Positions 17,555 to 27,235 of a stretch of 62,154 bases of DNA are shown here, one piece after another (positions within the stretch are counted from its first letter, which is position 1; the number at the start of each line of letters is the position of its first letter). The position numbers and the translations under genes are program-made. The stretch comes from an uncultured Bacteroidales bacterium (GTDB taxonomy: Bacteria > Bacteroidota > Bacteroidia > Bacteroidales > UBA4181). The notes under the pieces were generated by a model, which was not told where the DNA came from, did not search any database, and saw nothing but the letters and a program-made list of their open reading frames with translations. The stretch spans positions 1-62,154 of the forward strand of contig CAYVJA010000007.1 of the NCBI GenBank assembly GCA_964451605.1, given 5' to 3'.

Positions 17555-19920
17555 GGCTTCTGTTTGAGGCGTTTAGCAGCAGGTTTCGGGCTGGTCTTTT
17601 TTCTGACCCCCTTTTTCGTTCCTCCTGCCGGTACGCCCGAAGCCTGGATCAATTGTAAACAATCCCCGAGGGTTAATTCGGCAGGATTTTTCGATTTGGG
17701 AATCTTATAGTTGTTTTTCTCTTTCGCAATATAGGGCCCCCACCGGCCGTTCAGAATCTGCACAGAGGGATCTTCGGCAAAGGTTTTGATTACCTTGTTC
17801 CGGTCGGCTTCGCGTTTGGCTTCAATGATTTCGATGGCACGGGAGAGCTCAACTTCGAGGGGGTTGTCCTCCTTTACATTGATTGAGTAATACTTGCCGC
17901 TGTGGTAAAGATAGGGGCCAAAGCGCCCGGTACCCACGGTAATCTCCTTCTCTTCAAAGCTGCCTATTTTTCGCGGAAGCCGAAAGAGCTCCAATGCCTC
18001 TTCCAGGGTAATAGTCTCCAGATGTTGTCCCTTAAGAAGTCCCGCAAAACGGGGTTTCTCCTCATCGGAGGTCGATCCGATCTGGGCCATCGGGCCAAAG
18101 CGGCCAATCCGCACGATAACCGGTTTCCCGGAAGTCGGGTCGGTGCCGAGGAGTCGGTCGCCTCCCGCCTTTTCCGACCGTTCGACGGTGTCGGTTACCT
18201 GGGTATGAAAAGGTTTGTAAAAGATATCAATCATGGAGTGCCACTCCAGTTCGCCCTCTGCAATCTCGTCGAACTGTTTTTCGACTTCGGCGGTGAAGTG
18301 GTAATCCAGAATATCGGGGAAGTACTCAATGAGAAAATCGGTGACCACAATCCCAATGTCATCGGGAAAGAGTTTGTTTTTCTCGGTTCCCGCCATCTCC
18401 TGTTTTAGGGTCTCGCGAATGTTCTTTTTGGTCAGGGTGAGGAGGATGATGTCGCGGGGTTGCCCCTCGCGGCTCTCTTTTACTACATAACCTCTTTGTT
18501 GAATGGTCGAGATGGTAGGAGCGTAGGTAGAAGGGCGCCCGATGCCCAGCTCTTCCAGTTTTTTTACCAGACTGGCTTCGGTATAGCGCGGCGGGCTCTG
18601 TGTATACTTCTGGGTTGAGGTAATCTGACCGGCCAGGAGTGTGTCTTTGGCCTTGACAGGAGGCAGAAGTGCACTTTTTTCTTCATCGCCCTCATCGTCG
18701 GTCGATTCGGAGTAAACTTTCAGAAAGCCATCGAAGAGGATCACCTCGCCGGTTGCGACAAACTTTTCGTCACGGGTCGAGATATCAATGGTAATCGTGG
18801 TTTTCTCAACGGCAGCATCGCTCATCTGCGATGCAATGGTTCTTTTCCAGATGAGATCATACAGTCGCTTCTCCTGCGGAGTTCCGGTAATTTCGCGGGT
18901 TTCGAGATATGTGGGACGGATGGCTTCGTGTGCCTCCTGAGCCCCCTTGGTCTTGGTTTTGAATTTACGGGTGTGTGCGTACTCCTTTCCAAAGGCCGCT
19001 TCGATGGTCTTTCGTGCCATACCCAATGCCAGATCGGAGAGATTCACCGAGTCGGTTCGCATATAGGTAATCTTCCCCGCCTCGTACAGCTTCTGCGCTA
19101 CCGACATGGTTTGCGCCACCGAGAATCCCAGTTTACGGGCTGCCTCCTGCTGAAGGGTTGATGTGGTAAAAGGAGCAGCGGGCGACTTCTTGCCGGGCCG
19201 GGTAGTGACTCCGGAAACCTGAAAGGATGCATCGATACAGTGGTTCAGGAAGAGATGAGCCTCCTCTTTGGTCTCGAACCGACGGTCGAGATCGGCCTGA
19301 AATTCAACTCCGGGGTCATTTTCCGGAGCAAAAAATGCGGTAGTTTTAAACGAAGACTCCGCTTTAAACTGCCTGATTTCCCTCTCTCTGTCTACCAACA
19401 GCCTTACTGCTACCGATTGAACCCGGCCTGCCGAAAGAGAGGGTCGCACCTTTTTCCAAAGTACAGGCGAGAGTTCGAAACCCACCAGCCTGTCGAGAAC
19501 CCGGCGGGCCTGTTGGGCGTTAACTAACGCCTGATCGATATCCCTGGGGTTTTTAATTGCATGCAGAATGGCCTCTTTCGTGATTTCGTTGAACACAATC
19601 CGCCGTGTCTTCTCTCTGTTGAGCCCCAACTCCTCGAAAAGATGCCAGGCAATAGCCTCTCCCTCGCGGTCTTCATCGGAAGCCAGCCATACCACTTTTG
19701 CCTCTTTTGCCAGTTTTTTCAGTTCGGCGACTCTTTTCTTCTTATCTTCAGGAACAATATATTGCGGTTCGTACGAATTCGTAAGATCGATCCCCAGGTT
19801 TTTCTTATCCAGATCGCGGATATGTCCGAAACTGGAGGTGACATGAAAATCTTTGCCAAGAAATTTTTCAATCGTTTTAGCTTTAGCCGGAGATTCAACA
19901 ATTACGAGATTATCTTCCAT
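17551..19920 (-). CDS. topA: DNA topoisomerase I
   Basis: Toprim N-terminus MEDNLVIVESPAKAKTIEKFLG from ATG 19920, the active-site region ITYMRTDS, and a lysine-rich C-terminal tail. Confidence 0.9.
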   Translation of the reverse strand: MEDNLVIVESPAKAKTIEKFLGKDFHVTSSFGHIRDLDKKNLGIDLTNSYEPQYIVPEDKKKRVAELKKLAKEAKVVWLASDEDREGEAIAWHLFEELGLNREKTRRIVFNEITKEAILHAIKNPRDIDQALVNAQQARRVLDRLVGFELSPVLWKKVRPSLSAGRVQSVAVRLLVDREREIRQFKAESSFKTTAFFAPENDPGVEFQADLDRRFETKEEAHLFLNHCIDASFQVSGVTTRPGKKSPAAPFTTSTLQQEAARKLGFSVAQTMSVAQKLYEAGKITYMRTDSVNLSDLALGMARKTIEAAFGKEYAHTRKFKTKTKGAQEAHEAIRPTYLETREITGTPQEKRLYDLIWKRTIASQMSDAAVEKTTITIDISTRDEKFVATGEVILFDGFLKVYSESTDDEGDEEKSALLPPVKAKDTLLAGQITSTQKYTQSPPRYTEASLVKKLEELGIGRPSTYAPTISTIQQRGYVVKESREGQPRDIILLTLTKKNIRETLKQEMAGTEKNKLFPDDIGIVVTDFLIEYFPDILDYHFTAEVEKQFDEIAEGELEWHSMIDIFYKPFHTQVTDTVERSEKAGGDRLLGTDPTSGKPVIVRIGRFGPMAQIGSTSDEEKPRFAGLLKGQHLETITLEEALELFRLPRKIGSFEEKEITVGTGRFGPYLYHSGKYYSINVKEDNPLEVELSRAIEIIEAKREADRNKVIKTFAEDPSVQILNGRWGPYIAKEKNNYKIPKSKNPAELTLGDCLQLIQASGVPAGGTKKGVRKKTSPKPAAKRLKQKP

Positions 19921-20033
19921 TACAGGATTCTGAGTGAAACATTCAAAAAAGGTCTGCAAAGCTATATTATTCTTATGAGCTTCGCAATAAAGCAAATAAA
20001 AGTTGCTCCCTAATGCGCTCAGGCCAAAAAAAA

Positions 20034-20099
20034 AGTGCTCTAGTGCATTAGAGCTCTAGAGCACTCGCGCATTCGCGCGAAGCACTTGTGTGCAGCGCA
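20034..20099. repeat. rearranged palindromic copy of the RTGCTCTA / GCGCTTCGCGC intergenic repeat family
   Basis: AGTGCTCTAG (20034-20043) pairs with CTAGAGCACT (20056-20065). It is followed by CGCGCATTCGCGCGAAGCAC, whose reverse complement GTGCTTCGCGCGAAT matches the tail of the copy at 60638-60657. Confidence 0.7.
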
Positions 20100-20609
20100 T
20101 TACCCATTTGCGCGCAGCGCACCCAGTGCCTTCGCATAGTCCGGTTCCTGTGTAATTTCCGGAACTTGTTCGGTGTAGGTTACCGTTCCGGTTTCGTCTA
20201 AAACAATTACCGAACGGGAGAAGAGTCCGGCCAGGGGGCCGTCGGCAATGGTGACGTGATAATTCTTGCTGAAGCCGTTGTTTTTGTACTCGGAGAGGGT
20301 GATTACATCTTTTAGCCCTTCGGCGGCACAAAACCGGCCGGCTGCAAAGGGAAGATCCTTAGATATGCAAAGCACAACGGTGTTCTTGAGTGCCGAAGCT
20401 TCGGCATTAAACTTCCGGACCGATGTGGCACAAACGCCGGTATCGATGCTGGGAAAGATGTTTAAAATCACCTGTTTTCCGGCGTAATCGGCCAGGGTTA
20501 CATCTGCCAGTGCGGCCGATGTGAGTTGAAAATCGGGGGCCTTGGTGCCCACTTTGGGAAGGTTTCCTGCTGTTTTTACGGGCGAACCTTTAAAAGTAAT
20601 TTCTGCCAT
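20100..20609 (-). CDS. tpx: thiol peroxidase (atypical 2-Cys peroxiredoxin Tpx)
   Basis: GTKAPDFQLT..., FPSIDTGVCATSVRKFN (peroxidatic Cys) and a second Cys in VVLCISKDLPFA. 169 aa. Confidence 0.85.
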   Translation of the reverse strand: MAEITFKGSPVKTAGNLPKVGTKAPDFQLTSAALADVTLADYAGKQVILNIFPSIDTGVCATSVRKFNAEASALKNTVVLCISKDLPFAAGRFCAAEGLKDVITLSEYKNNGFSKNYHVTIADGPLAGLFSRSVIVLDETGTVTYTEQVPEITQEPDYAKALGALRANG

Positions 20610-20718
20610 ATCTGTAAAGAGTTAATCGGTTGAATGAGTTGATACAGGAGAAACAGAATTCAACGTTTATTGTTCATTGCCGGTCGGTGCTCAGGCCGAA
20701 TATTAGGAATACAATTGC

Positions 20719-20726
20719 TAAATTTG
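20719..20726 (+). promoter_or_regulatory. putative -7 box (TAAATTTG) for the dCMP deaminase gene
   Basis: Match to the Bacteroidota TAnnTTTG consensus, 29 nt upstream of ATG 20755. Confidence 0.3.
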
Positions 20727-20754
20727 CCGAAACACTTCTTAGCCCTTTCGCCGT

Positions 20755-21210
20755 ATGTGTGCCACCGAGAACTCCGATCAGCCGCTTAAACAGCTTCAAT
20801 TCGACAAACGTTATTTGGAAATGGCCAAAATCTGGGCCCAAAATTCCTACTGTAAGCGTCGTCAGGTGGGGGCGCTTTTGGTGAGCGGCAGGATGATCAT
20901 ATCAGACGGTTTTAATGGTACACCGGCCGGATTCGAGAATAATTGCGAGGACGAAAATTATGTAACAAGGCCTTATGTGCTTCATGCTGAAGCTAATGCT
21001 ATTACAAAAGTGGCAAAGTCGAATAATAGCAGTGAGGGGTCAACCCTCTATGTCACCACCTCTCCTTGTCTGGAGTGCGCAAAATTGATCATCCAGTCGG
21101 GTATCAGACGGGTTGTCTATTGCGATCGCTATCACAATACCGACGGACTGCAGTTGCTCGAAAAGGCCGGCGTTGAGACACAATTTCTCGACCTTTCTCC
21201 GGTAATCTGA
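20755..21210 (+). CDS. deoxycytidylate (dCMP) deaminase / ComEB family
   Basis: Zinc motifs HAEANAI and PCLECAKLI. 151 aa. Confidence 0.85.
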   Translation: MCATENSDQPLKQLQFDKRYLEMAKIWAQNSYCKRRQVGALLVSGRMIISDGFNGTPAGFENNCEDENYVTRPYVLHAEANAITKVAKSNNSSEGSTLYVTTSPCLECAKLIIQSGIRRVVYCDRYHNTDGLQLLEKAGVETQFLDLSPVI

Positions 21211-21239
21211 GGCCAAATCACTCCCGGTCGGGAGCCATA

Positions 21240-21842
21240 CTATTTCTCTGTTTTTGGATCGATGATTTCCGATTCTTCAATTTTGAAGACGCCACCCGAG
21301 ACGATAAACTTCATGGCTTCGCCCGAAGGAATTTCCAGCGGGGTGACCTGTTCGCGCGGTACCAAAAACAGCTCACCACTAAAATTATAGCTGTGAGGAA
21401 AGTAGACAGCCACTCTGCCCGGAAGGTGCAGACTTGTCATATCTTCCTGCGTGATGAAGCCCATCTTCTCGAGGTTCGAAATCATATTTACCTTTACCAC
21501 AACCGGGTATTCGAATTTGCGTTCCTTCCCCACAAAGGCCTCCATGAAGTCTTTGGTCATATTGTAAATACTTTTCAGGATAGGAGCCTTGTTCATCACA
21601 TTGTTGAAGAACCATTTAACCGGCAGAGCCAGCACCGTCTGCCCGAAGAACCCCAGCAAGGTTATACATAAAAAACTGACAATGATTCCCAGCCCCGGGA
21701 TGGAAATCCCCACCAGTTTTTCTATGGGCACCCGTAAAAATCCGTCGGCCATCAGGAATACCTGGTAGGTGAGATAGATAACCACCGAGAAGGGGAGCAA
21801 CCATAACAGGCCTTGTAAGAAGTAATCGAAAATCTTTTTCAT
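21240..21842 (-). CDS. DUF502-family membrane protein
   Basis: Two N-terminal TM helices, overall size, and the GxxxxFxxxP-type C-terminal region. Family call is from memory. Confidence 0.5.
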   Translation of the reverse strand: MKKIFDYFLQGLLWLLPFSVVIYLTYQVFLMADGFLRVPIEKLVGISIPGLGIIVSFLCITLLGFFGQTVLALPVKWFFNNVMNKAPILKSIYNMTKDFMEAFVGKERKFEYPVVVKVNMISNLEKMGFITQEDMTSLHLPGRVAVYFPHSYNFSGELFLVPREQVTPLEIPSGEAMKFIVSGGVFKIEESEIIDPKTEK

Positions 21843-21883
21843 AGGATAGGATTTGGATTGGCGTATAGGGAAGAGTTCTCTGT

Positions 21884-22261
21884 TTAAAATCGGGGTTGAA
21901 ATGCGTTGGGAATATGGATAATCTCTGTTTTCGAACCGTTTATAGATACTGAGATGATGTCGAACCTCACCTCAAGCGTCGACTTTTTTTGTCGGATATA
22001 GGCATTTGCAGCACGAATCAGGTTTCGCTGTTTGTTCAGGTCGACAGCCTGCCAGGGTTCAGTGATGCTTCCCGCCTGTCGGGTCTTCACCTCTGCAAAG
22101 ATAAGCGTTCCCGCATCGCAGGCTACAATATCTACCTCAAGATGTCGGTGTCGCCAGTTTCTTTCCAGAATCCGGTATCCTTTCTTAATCAGGAAGGCAC
22201 TGGCGTGTTGTTCGCCAACTCTTCCTTTTACTAAATGCGGTGAGGTTGATGCGGTTTCCAT
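21884..22261 (-). CDS. yraN: YraN-family (UPF0102) endonuclease-like protein
   Basis: GEQHASAFLIKKGYRILERNWRHRHLEVDIVA...LIFAEVKTR matches the YraN PD-(D/E)xK-like core. 125 aa. Confidence 0.75.
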   Translation of the reverse strand: METASTSPHLVKGRVGEQHASAFLIKKGYRILERNWRHRHLEVDIVACDAGTLIFAEVKTRQAGSITEPWQAVDLNKQRNLIRAANAYIRQKKSTLEVRFDIISVSINGSKTEIIHIPNAFQPRF

Positions 22262-22390
22262 TTCACAAAGGTGTAAAAAAAGAGTGGGAGCAAATCACAT
22301 TAGGCCGACGCCTGGTGATTTGCTCCCCTCTTAACACGGTTGTGATGCATCCGGATCCGCTCACGGGAAGCGTTCCGTGGCTCCAACGTT

Positions 22391-23332
22391 TTAAATCAGG
22401 TTCATCTCCTTCAGCACACTGTTCATGTTTCCAACGGCCTCTGCGCTCTTATTAAAGCTGGCCTGTTCGGTTTCAGTAAGCGAGAAATCGACAATTTTTT
22501 CCCATCCGTTTTTCCCTACAACTACAGGAACGCCAAGGCAGATATCTTTCTGGCCATATTCACCGTCGAGATATACACAGCAGGGGAAGATCTTTTTCTG
22601 GTCGCGGATAATGGCTTCGGCAAGGGTAGCACCTGCAGCTCCGGGAGCGTACCACGCCGAAGTACCCAGCAATTTGGTAAGGGTGGCACCACCCACCATG
22701 GTGTCGGCGGCAACCTTCTCGAGCACTTCGGCCGATAACAGTTGCGAAGCGGGTATCCCTTTATATGCGGCAAGACGGGTAAGGGGAATCATGGTGGTAT
22801 CGCCATGACCGCCAATAACCGTTGCTTCGATGTCGGATGCAGGGGCATTAAGAGCCTGGCTCAGGTAGCAGCTAAAACGCGAACTGTCGAGGATTCCACC
22901 CATGCCAATAATCCTGTTTTTGGGCAGACCCGACGTCTTGAGAGCAAGGTAAGTCATCGTATCCATGGGGTTGCTGATGATTACGACAACAGCATCGGGC
23001 GAATATTTCAAAATATTCTCAACTACGTTTTTTACGATTCCGGCGTTGGTCCCGATTAACTCTTCGCGCGTCATTCCGGGTTTTCTGGGAATACCGGAGG
23101 TGATAATTGCCACATCCGAACCGGCGGTAAGAGAATAGTCGCCTGAAGTACCGATTACACGGGTATCGAACTGGTTCAATACGGCTGTTTGCATAATATC
23201 AAGCGCTTTCCCTTCGGCAAATCCCGGCTTGATATCCAATAGTACAACTTCACTGGCAAGCTCTCTGCGAACAATCACATCAGCACAGGTGGCACCCACA
23301 TTTCCGGCTCCTACAACGGTAATTTTACTCAT
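22391..23332 (-). CDS. mdh: malate dehydrogenase (LDH-like family)
   Basis: MSKITVVGAGNVGATCA Rossmann N-terminus, GIPRKPGMTREEL, and the IGGHGD catalytic His block. Confidence 0.9.
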   Translation of the reverse strand: MSKITVVGAGNVGATCADVIVRRELASEVVLLDIKPGFAEGKALDIMQTAVLNQFDTRVIGTSGDYSLTAGSDVAIITSGIPRKPGMTREELIGTNAGIVKNVVENILKYSPDAVVVIISNPMDTMTYLALKTSGLPKNRIIGMGGILDSSRFSCYLSQALNAPASDIEATVIGGHGDTTMIPLTRLAAYKGIPASQLLSAEVLEKVAADTMVGGATLTKLLGTSAWYAPGAAGATLAEAIIRDQKKIFPCCVYLDGEYGQKDICLGVPVVVGKNGWEKIVDFSLTETEQASFNKSAEAVGNMNSVLKEMNLI

Positions 23333-23411
23333 ACGTTAATCGTTTTTTTAAATTGGTGATTTTTATCTATTTATATCCTAAGCAATTGCGTATATAACTC
23401 TTTTTTGGCCG

Positions 23412-25382
23412 TTATTCGGGTGATGAAAAACGGTCGAGCCCCTGTTCTAAAAAATCCCTGAAGGCCTTTTTGTCGGGGGAGTACCCTACTGGTCCTGCAA
23501 GAAGTGTGCCGTCAGGAGCCACTATTACATAGGCAGGTAATGCATTCGTCTTAAAAAGGCGCATTTGCAGATCGGCATTAATTTGACCCATACTCTTTTT
23601 TATTTTACCTCCTCCGGCCGGTCGAACCCATTCCGATTCGGGAAGCGTTGTGCGGTCGTCGGTATAGAGCCCCACAAAGACAAATTCGGTTGCAAGCATC
23701 GAGAGAATCTCAGGATCGGAGAGTACCTCGGCCTCCATTTTTTTGCAATTCGAGCAAAAATGGCCTTTAAAGTCAAGCAAAGCCGGTTTATTTTGGGCTT
23801 TGGCACATGCCAATCCCTCTTTGTAGTCAAAGTAGCCCTGCAGTCCGTGCGGCAACTGAAGGAAGTCGGCATATTTCGGGGTGCTGCAGAGTGCCAATCC
23901 TTCGCCTTGAGCGGGCGATATCTGTGCTGTCGGCGGAGCTGCATTCCATCCTTTTGCCGGAGGAATCAGCGACGAAACGGCCTGCAGGGGTGCGCCCCAA
24001 AGACCGGGTAACAGATATATGGCAAAAGCAAAAGCAAAAATGGCCATTACCAGCCTTCCGGGTGAAACGTAGTCGGAAGGGTCGTCATGCACGAACCGGA
24101 TCTTACCCAGCAGATAGCATCCCAAAATCACCGAGATGGCTATCCAGAGAGAGAGAAAGAGCTCGCGTGGCAATAGCCCCAGATGGTAAGCCTGATCGAC
24201 CGAAGCAATAAATTTGATACTGAAAGCCAGCAAAAGAAGACCCATCACTCCCTTTACGGTTACCATCCAGCCGCCCGATCGGGGTAATTTTCTCAGATAG
24301 GAGGGAAATATTGCCAATAGGGTAAAAGGGAGTGCAAAGGCAGCCGAAAATCCGAACATGCCCAGAATGGGTTTTGTGGCCAGACCGCTTGCCGACTCTA
24401 CCAGGATAGCGCCTACGATGGGACCTGTACAGGAAAAGGAGACAATTACCAGGGTCAATGCCATGAAGAATATGGCCGAATAGCCCCCTTTCCCGGCCTG
24501 TCGGTCAACCGAATTGGCTAAACCCGAGGGGAGGGTCATCTCGAAAAGCCCCAGAAATGACAATCCAAAAGTGACAAAAAGGGCAAAGAAGAGCAGGTTG
24601 GGAAGCCAGTGGGTACTCAATTGTCCGGCGACATCAGCACCTGACCGGGTGAGAGCAACCAACACGCCAATGCCTGTATAGATTACTATGATAGACAGTC
24701 CAAATAGCAGGCCCTTCAACACGGCTCGCTGTCTTGATTCTCCCCGCATAAAGAAGGAGACGGTCATGGGAATCATGGGGAAAACGCAGGGCGTTAACAC
24801 TCCGGCAAAACCGGCCAGTACAGCAATGAGGAAGAACGACCAGAGGGAGTCGCTGCTCTCCTGGCCGCCATCCGATTCAACAACAGGCGAAAGGGTCCCG
24901 GCGGTTTCAACATCCCCTTTGTCGGCCTCCCCGCCCAGAGTGGTTCGAAGCGTAACTTCGGTAGGAGGCATACAAGACTCATCATCGCAAACCATATACT
25001 CTACCACCCCTTCGACAGGGATCTTACCTTTGCCTTTGATGGCGATTTTCTGTCGGAACAGGACGGAGTCGGAATAGGTGGTTACCATCACATTGAAACC
25101 CTTATCGAGGGTTGTGTGAGGGATTCCCGACTCTTCCACCGCACCAACCGTCGAATAGAACTCAGAAGGCGAAAATCGAAAAGTGGTGGGTAGGGGCCCC
25201 TCTACTTTTTGCTGCGAGTAGAGGTGCCACGGAGGGGTAATTGTAGCCCGGATCTCAATGTATCCTTCGGTATCCGATATGGCCGTGGCCGTGGTTTTCC
25301 AGGTTACGGGATTTTCGGATTGGGCTGCCAGACCTACTGTGCTGAGAAGGGCAATGAAGAGAAAAAGAAAACGTTGCTTCAT
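23412..25382 (-). CDS. dsbD: DsbD-family protein-disulfide reductase (N-terminal domain + cytochrome c biogenesis TM core + thioredoxin-like domain)
   Basis: Signal peptide from ATG 25382 (MKQRFLFLFIALLSTVGLAAQ), polytopic core with LTPCVFPMIP and SFSCTGP cysteine motifs, and C-terminal thioredoxin-like FCSNC (CxxC). Confidence 0.8.
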   Translation of the reverse strand: MKQRFLFLFIALLSTVGLAAQSENPVTWKTTATAISDTEGYIEIRATITPPWHLYSQQKVEGPLPTTFRFSPSEFYSTVGAVEESGIPHTTLDKGFNVMVTTYSDSVLFRQKIAIKGKGKIPVEGVVEYMVCDDESCMPPTEVTLRTTLGGEADKGDVETAGTLSPVVESDGGQESSDSLWSFFLIAVLAGFAGVLTPCVFPMIPMTVSFFMRGESRQRAVLKGLLFGLSIIVIYTGIGVLVALTRSGADVAGQLSTHWLPNLLFFALFVTFGLSFLGLFEMTLPSGLANSVDRQAGKGGYSAIFFMALTLVIVSFSCTGPIVGAILVESASGLATKPILGMFGFSAAFALPFTLLAIFPSYLRKLPRSGGWMVTVKGVMGLLLLAFSIKFIASVDQAYHLGLLPRELFLSLWIAISVILGCYLLGKIRFVHDDPSDYVSPGRLVMAIFAFAFAIYLLPGLWGAPLQAVSSLIPPAKGWNAAPPTAQISPAQGEGLALCSTPKYADFLQLPHGLQGYFDYKEGLACAKAQNKPALLDFKGHFCSNCKKMEAEVLSDPEILSMLATEFVFVGLYTDDRTTLPESEWVRPAGGGKIKKSMGQINADLQMRLFKTNALPAYVIVAPDGTLLAGPVGYSPDKKAFRDFLEQGLDRFSSPE

Positions 25383-25438
25383 GCGGTATAATCTGTACGG
25401 GGTATCGCTCTTCGAAACAACCATCAGCTGCAAATTGT

Positions 25439-26989
25439 TCAATTCAGAATCTCTTCTCCCTCTTTTCCGAAGAACCGACTCTCGAGCAACGAGTAGGAGA
25501 CATCGGGACAGATGCGGATCCTACACTTCAGTTTCCAGCTCCACTTCCATCGCAGCGAGGGAAATCCGTGCAGCAAGTAGGCTGCTGTGATGGGATGAAG
25601 TTTCAGAGTAATGTTCTTTAGGTTGCTGGTAGAAATAATGTACGACAGGGTGTGATAGAGCTCATCGGCAAAGAGAATAGTAGGCGTTACCTCTCCGGTT
25701 CCTTTGCAGGCAGGGCACTTCTCTACATTGTCTATGTTGACTTCGGGACGTACCCGTTGACGGGTAATCTGCATCAGGCCGAACTTGCTTAAAGGCAATA
25801 TATTATGCTTTGCCCGGTCCTCCGACATAAAGTCTTTCATTTTGTCGTAAAGCACCTGCCGATGATCGTTATCGTACATGTCGATGAAGTCAATCACAAT
25901 GATTCCACCCATATCGCGAAGGCGTAACTGGCTGGCAATCTGTTCGGCAGCAGAAAGATTCACCTCGAGGGCGTTCACCTCCTGATTAGAGCCGGACTTC
26001 GAACGGTTTCCGCTGTTCACATCAATTACATGCAGTGCCTCGGTATGTTCTATAACCAGATAGGCTCCGTTTTTAATGGAGACAATCTTTCCAAACATTC
26101 CCTTAATCTGCTTCTGAATTCCCAATCGTTCGAAGATGGGAGGATCTCCGTTCAGCAGTTTTACAATTTTCTCTTTTTCGGGGGCTATTGTACTGATGTA
26201 CTCCTTAATCTCTTCACAGAGAGAGGCGTTATTCACGTAGATATTGTTGAAGCTTCCATTCAACATGTCACGCAGAATAGCTGAGGTGCGGCTTAGTTCG
26301 CTGATGAAGAGTTTGGGAGGGGATGCCCCTTTTATCTGATCGAAGGCATTTTCCCATTTCGAAACCAATCCTTTAAGCTCTTCATCGAGCACGGCAACCT
26401 TTTTCCCCTCGGCAACTGTCCGGACAATGACGCCGTAGTTTTTGGGCTTGATGCTGAGGATCAGTTTTTTCAGTCTGTTCCGTTCTTCGGCCGAAGTAAT
26501 TTTTTGTGATACAGAGACTTTGTCGGCAAAGGGGATGAGTACCAGATTGCGTCCGGCAATGGAAATTTCGGACGACAGACGGGGGCCTTTGGTTGATATA
26601 GGTTCTTTTGCAATCTGCACCAGAATAGTCTGTCCGGAGCTGAGGATATCCGAGATTTTTCCCTCTTTATCGATGTCCGGTTCGTTCCTGAATCGTTGAA
26701 GATTGGGTGTATTACCCTTCTTTGCAAGGGCGGTATCCAGAAACTTCAGCAGAGATTTAACTTGTGGACCCAGATCCAGATAGTGCAGAAAAGCATCCTT
26801 CTCGTAGCCGATGTCTACGAAAACGGCATTCAGGCCGGGCATAATCTTCTTGACCTTTCCAAGGTAGATGTCACCTACCGAAAACTGAACATTGCTCTTC
26901 TCTTTGGTAATTTCAACCAGTTTCTTGTCTTTGAGGAGTGCAATCGAAATTTCGGAAGCTGTAGCATCGATAACCAGTTCGTTGCTCAC
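25439..26989 (-). CDS. rng: Rne/Rng-family ribonuclease (RNase G-like)
   Basis: N-terminal S1 domain (VGDIYLGKVKKIMPGLNAVFVDIG), catalytic region HVIDVNSG and DFIDM, 516 aa. Confidence 0.85.
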   Translation of the reverse strand: MSNELVIDATASEISIALLKDKKLVEITKEKSNVQFSVGDIYLGKVKKIMPGLNAVFVDIGYEKDAFLHYLDLGPQVKSLLKFLDTALAKKGNTPNLQRFRNEPDIDKEGKISDILSSGQTILVQIAKEPISTKGPRLSSEISIAGRNLVLIPFADKVSVSQKITSAEERNRLKKLILSIKPKNYGVIVRTVAEGKKVAVLDEELKGLVSKWENAFDQIKGASPPKLFISELSRTSAILRDMLNGSFNNIYVNNASLCEEIKEYISTIAPEKEKIVKLLNGDPPIFERLGIQKQIKGMFGKIVSIKNGAYLVIEHTEALHVIDVNSGNRSKSGSNQEVNALEVNLSAAEQIASQLRLRDMGGIIVIDFIDMYDNDHRQVLYDKMKDFMSEDRAKHNILPLSKFGLMQITRQRVRPEVNIDNVEKCPACKGTGEVTPTILFADELYHTLSYIISTSNLKNITLKLHPITAAYLLHGFPSLRWKWSWKLKCRIRICPDVSYSLLESRFFGKEGEEILN

Positions 26990-27059
26990 TTCTTGTATTT
27001 TAAATAGATGCTTTTATGACGACAGGTAGCGCAAAATCGTGCCTACCCCTGGCATAATA

Positions 27060-27099
27060 GGAATAAACCTAAAATTCACACGAATTTTAGGTTTATTCC
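27060..27099 (-). terminator. perfect 17-bp hairpin downstream of the bS22-like ORF (candidate terminator, no clear U tract)
   Basis: GGAATAAACCTAAAATT-CACACG-AATTTTAGGTTTATTCC. Confidence 0.45.
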
Positions 27100-27115
27100 T
27101 CAAAGAAGGCAGGGG

Positions 27116-27208
27116 TTACTTTTTCTTTTTATGGCGATTCTTTCTCAAGCGTTTTTTACGCTTGTGCGTTGCCATTTTATGTCTTTTTCTCTTTTTACCG
27201 CTAGGCAT
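27116..27208 (-). CDS. 30-aa lysine/arginine-rich peptide, bS22-like small ribosomal protein
   Basis: Not in the supplied track. Manual translation: MPSGKKRKRHKMATHKRKKRLRKNRHKKKK-stop. Lies between the HU gene and rng on the same strand and is followed by a strong hairpin. Composition and the KRKRxKM..HKRKK pattern resemble the bS22 peptides described for mycobacterial and Bacteroidota ribosomes. Confidence 0.6.
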   Translation of the reverse strand: MPSGKKRKRHKMATHKRKKRLRKNRHKKKK

Positions 27209-27235
27209 AATGGTGAAATTTAAATAGGTTGCAAA

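Noticed and set aside
27039-27227. 62-aa plus-strand ORF in the track (MPTPGIIG...)
   Set aside because: It is the antisense shadow of the Lys/Arg-rich bS22-like ORF and of the 17-bp hairpin. Its Phe/Leu-rich translation is what AAA/AAG-rich coding DNA gives on the opposite strand.
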